Positions 8,021 through 12,056 of a stretch of 12,056 nucleotides of DNA are shown here, one piece after another. The first letter of the stretch is position 1. Each line of letters starts with the position of its first letter. The notes below the pieces were generated by a model, which did not search any database, was not told the origin of the DNA, and saw only the letters and a program-made list of their open reading frames with translations. The stretch comes from Octopus sinensis (Eukaryota): NCBI RefSeq assembly GCF_006345805.1, contig NW_021826538.1, positions 1-12,056 of the forward strand. Reading direction: 5' to 3'. The translations under genes and the position numbers were made by a program.

Positions 8021-8429
8021 GCATATATATATATGTATATATATATGTATATATATATAAACATGTATATATATGCATATATATATATATATGTATATAT
8101 ATGCATATATATATATATGTATATATATATGCATATATATATATATATGTATATATATATGCCTATATATATATATATATGTATATATATATGCATATAT
8201 ATATATATGTATATATATATGCATATATTATATATATGCATATATATATATATGCATTTATATATATATAATGCATATATATATATATGCATATATATAC
8301 ATATATATATATATTATATGCATATATATATATATTATGCATATATTATATATATATATATATATTATATATATATATATATATTATATATGCATATATA
8401 TATATATATGCATATATATATATATATGC

Positions 8430-8469
<40 letters not shown>

Positions 8470-8511
8470 GCATATATATATATATGCTATATATATATTT
8501 ATGCATATATA
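7927..8511. repeat. (TA)n microsatellite with ATGCAT/ATGTAT interruptions
   Basis: Read directly from the sequence. Confidence 0.97.
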
Positions 8512-8597
8512 TTGATTGATTGATTGATTCTAGTTTCAGCTCATGAGCTGTGGCCATGCTGGGGCACCGCCATTTGGTGTTGCTACTTGGTTTCACT

Positions 8598-11574
8598 TCA
8601 TGAAGGCTTTCTAGCAACTTCTATTTGGTGCATGAGAGAGTTCGATGCAGCTGCCCTCATCTGCTCCTCCTGCCGTGAAGTTGGTTCATCTGGGACACCT
8701 GACAGGAAGGGATCCAGCTTCATTTCAAAGACATCTGCATCCACCCCATGCAGGTCTCTCAGGTTCTTCGGGATGATATTGAAGAGCTGTGGGCCTCGGA
8801 AGCCCAGGCTATCACAGAATCTTGTCTTACATATTGATGGCAAGTTTGGAGTCGTAGGCACCACTTAGTGGCGCCCAGTTCTGTCATTTGCGTAACTCTC
8901 GATGCCAAAGTACAGGACACTTCCCTCCAGGATCTTCCAGATGTATATTATGGCATATCTTTACCGCCTACGCTCCAGGGAATATAGTTTTAATCTCTTG
9001 AGTCTTTCCCAGTAGCTAACATTCTGCATAGAGGCTATCTTCTTCGTGTAGCTACGTTGGATCGCCTCGAACTCTGTGATCAACTTGACACTGGATGGTG
9101 ACCATAACTGAGAGCAGTAGTCAAAGTGGCTTAGGACAACTGTCCTCCAGAGGACCAACATGGTTTCTTTTTCTCTTGTTGTAAAGGTTCTGAGGATTCA
9201 TCCGGCCAGTCGTCTACATTTCATTGCCAATTTAGCAACATGTACACGAAAGGTCGCGTCATCACTCATGTAACTAACTAGGTCACGCACTGATTGTGCC
9301 TCTGGGATTGCTATTCCCCGGGTCCAGTGTCATTGGGTATTGCATTTAGTTTTGCATGCTGATAGTATAAAGCTTGAAACTTTTCAGCATTGAACTGCAT
9401 GCTATTCTTTTCGGCCCACTTGTATATTTTGTCTAGCTCACATTGCAGGTGTTTAGTGTCCTCAGGGTTCTGTATTGCCTGTGAAACTTTTGTATCATCT
9501 GCATAACTTGTGATCGTGCTCTCTCTGCGTGGTTGAGGGCATGTCTGAGAGGGCCATTATGAACAGTAGTGGTCCCAGAACAGTGCCCTGCGGAACACCG
9601 CTCATTATGCGTGTTAATGGAAGTGGCCCCATTGGCCACTACCACCTGACTTCTATCTTTCAGAAAGTCATGAAGCCATTCTCCTAGTTTTCCAACTATG
9701 TGGGATCACGCAATTTGTGACATATTTCCATGATCGACTTTATCAAAGGCCTTTGCAAAGTCGAGATATATCACTTCCACATTTGAGTGGTTGAGCAGCC
9801 GTTTCAGCACCCAGTCATAGTGTTGTAGGAGCTGAGTTAAACAGCTTCTCCTGGTCGGAAACCATGTTGGGTGTCGGGCAGCAAGTCATTTTCTTCAAGG
9901 AAGGTGATCAGCTTCCTTCTGACTATTCGTTCCATGACCTTGCTGGTGTGTGAGGTCAGAGAGATAGGTCTATAGTTCTTGGCTTCCGCTCTGCTACCTC
10001 CTTTATGAATGGGGCATATTTTACCTTCCTTCAGTTTTCTTGGGAGTTTGCCAGCTCTGAAAGAGGAACTGCAGTTGTCTTGCTAGGACTCTCTTACATG
10101 CTTTTAGGAGGATTGCCTGGAATCCATCGGGGCCAGTAGCTGAGTCTGTTTTCATTTCATCTATAGCCTTGATTACATCGTCTTCCTTTATATCGATGTA
10201 ATTTACAGTCGCCGACTCTGATTTCATATCTGCAGTGGTAAAAAAGTCAGTTGGATTGGTGATTTGGAGATGCCCAAGGGGTGGAGTGAAAACACTCTTG
10301 AATTGCTCATTCAGTATTTCACTTACGCTCATTGGATTTCCTGTAAGTGTGCCATCCTTTTCGAGGAGTGGCCCTATTCTACAGTGCACCGTAGCTGTTT
10401 CTTTGGCATACCTGTAGAAAGCTCTGGGGTTAGATTTTATGTTGTCTATAGCCCAGGCTTCTTTGTCTGCTCTTTCCTTTACATGGGAGAGTTGCAGACA
10501 TTTTTCGATTTCCAACAGTTTTATTTTTAGGCGGGACTTTTCACTGCTTTCAATTTGTTTGTTTAGGCGATTTGAAAATTTTGTACGCCGTCTCATTAAA
10601 ATTTTCCTCTCTCTGGGGATTTTGTTCTTGTGTACAGTGGCCTTTCTCTCTGGGACACATTTGTAGCATATGGCTTGCATTACAGACATGAATTGTTAAA
10701 ATTTCACGTCGATGTCTGGCGAGGAGAGACATTTAGGCCAGTTTTGTTTGAGGATCTCTTTCTCAATTTGTTTCCAGTTTGCCTTATGGTAGTTCAAGCT
10801 GGAAAGATTCTGGGGGTTTCTTGTAGGCTGCAAGTCCGTGCTCTCTTTTGGCCCGTACATGGTCAGCTCTATCATGTTGTGATCCGAGAGTAGTGTCGGT
10901 GTCACTTTCACATTATGGATGAGATCCATGTCATTTGTGAAGCAGAGATCCAGTGTGTTACCTGTCCTGGTTGGTTGGAGTATTACCTGCTCCATGTACA
11001 GGGTGTTGATGAGGTTCAGGAGGAACGTCGCCTATCCTCGTTCACATCTTGTCATTTCTGGGAGAGAAAGGCCCTCGGGCCATCTGACATTGGGCAGGTT
11101 GAAGTCTTCCATAAGAAGTACACTTATGTGTTGTTCTTATGTGGTTAGAACTTCTTCTATTTTTATAAGGCACTCTTCAAACTTGCCCACATGGCTTGGG
11201 GCATCTGGAGGGCGATATGTAGCACACACAACTACATCAAGTTGCCTAATACGTACAATTAGTGTGTTACACACCGAGTTTGAGTATGACAAGAGGACCT
11301 GGGGTGTGAGGTCCTCACGGATGTACATAGCAACACCTCCATGACTCCTTTCTTTCCTGTCAGTCCGTAGTACAGCATACTGTGGTATGTGTAACTCCGC
11401 ATCTGCTATATCCGGTTTCAGGTGCGTTTCCGTTAGTGCTATGCATAGGGCTTGATTGCATGCAACAACATCTCTCAGGAACGGGATTTTTGTCCTGTTA
11501 CTGAGTGTTTGCAGTCCTCTGATGTTCAGTAGGAGCATCGAGGTGAGGTGTACGTTGTTGCCGGTGGTGTCCAT
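8598..11574 (-). pseudogene. LINE ORF2 (APE endonuclease + reverse transcriptase), multiple frameshifts and stops
   Basis: APE motifs LLNIRGL, IALTETHL, RTDR...GGVAMY, YRPP, DFN, PTR.GNTLDL and SDHNMI (~11538-10863). YADD at 9494-9505. C-terminus ...AAASNSL at ~8598-8650. Start placed at MDTTG (ATG 11574-11572), which is uncertain. Confidence 0.92.
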
Positions 11575-11689
11575 CCTGGGTCTGTTTGCTGTGGTGGTGG
11601 TCTGGTATATAGTGGGTAGTCCCATCTGCGGGCTTGGGTTTGATGAAGCCAGGTCAGCTGCTGTACAATCTTTTGTGCCATGCACAAAT

Positions 11690-12056
11690 AGATTGTTGCT
11701 CAGCAGCTTGCCCTTTCGACAACATCATGTTGGTGGTTTGTGGCACGCACAACATCTGCGTACCTCCGCTTTGGGGCAAGTGGTGCGTGGTCCATCCCTT
11801 TTCCCTGTGTTGATGGTTTGTCCATCTGCCTCGTGTCTCTGTGGCAGGGTCCCCGATGTGCAAAGCGGCCCTGCACCTTCCTTTCCATGCCAGCAGGAAC
11901 CTCTCAGTTAGAACCTACACACCCGTGTGCGCTGTTTGTTCCATCTTTTGCGGTTCCACTTCTATTCCTGGTTTTTTCACCCTTTGGTCCTGCTTGAGCT
12001 TTTCCTTTAGCTCTACCACCCTTCTTTTAGTTCTTCCTCCTCCTCCTCTACCTCAT
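11690..12056 (-). pseudogene. Possible degenerate LINE ORF1 remnant
   Basis: Lies upstream of ORF2. Shows a Glu/Lys-rich stretch (EVEEEEEELKE..VVELKEKLK) and a broken Cys/His motif VCRF*LRGSCWHG...RFAH. Needs frameshifts and a stop to assemble. Confidence 0.35.

Larger units (their letters stand above)
8512..12056 (-). mobile_element. Long, possibly near full-length degenerate CR1/L2-group LINE with (AATC)4 tail; may continue beyond right edge
   Basis: On the minus strand: putative ORF1 remnant, APE endonuclease, RT, C-terminal region, 3' UTR, and tail seen as (GATT)4 at 8514-8529 on +. Confidence 0.93.

Noticed and set aside
11639-11670. TTGATGA motif as a further hammerhead core
   Set aside because: No stem II plus GAAA follows and no stem I pairing; lies within LINE sequence.
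11697-11745. CCRKGK...HGTKDC as a gag-type CCHC zinc knuckle
   Set aside because: Spacing does not fit C-x2-C-x4-H-x4-C, and it is preceded by an in-frame stop.

Overview
Animal-type, AT-rich genomic window made almost entirely of retroelements separated by four (TA)n microsatellites interrupted by GC. No host gene is visible. The host cannot be determined from the window; the repeat style reminds me of octopus/cephalopod DNA, but that is unverified recollection. Layout: CR1/L2-group LINE fragment (-, 1-914); (TA)n; ~1 kb segment ending in a degenerate minimal hammerhead ribozyme (HHR) plus AATAAA (1842-2864); (TA)n; diverged LINE fragment (+, 3104-3981) fused to a 5'-truncated LINE (+, 3979-6141); (TA)n; 78-bp inverted segment plus a ~3.8-copy tandem array of a 363-bp unit (6471-7926); (TA)n; near full-length LINE (-, 8512 to window end). 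The main hidden signal is the 363-bp array. Each unit carries an identical + strand minimal type I hammerhead fold with a compensatory U3-A8 core (UUGAAAA instead of CUGANGA), a palindromic stem III (ACGCGU) and a GUC cleavage triplet. This fits a Penelope-like-element (PLE) pseudo-LTR or non-LTR retrozyme (circRNA-type) array. All structures were folded by eye; no searches or folding programs were run. Long ORFs of Y/I/H/C/M/A residues are microsatellite artefacts.
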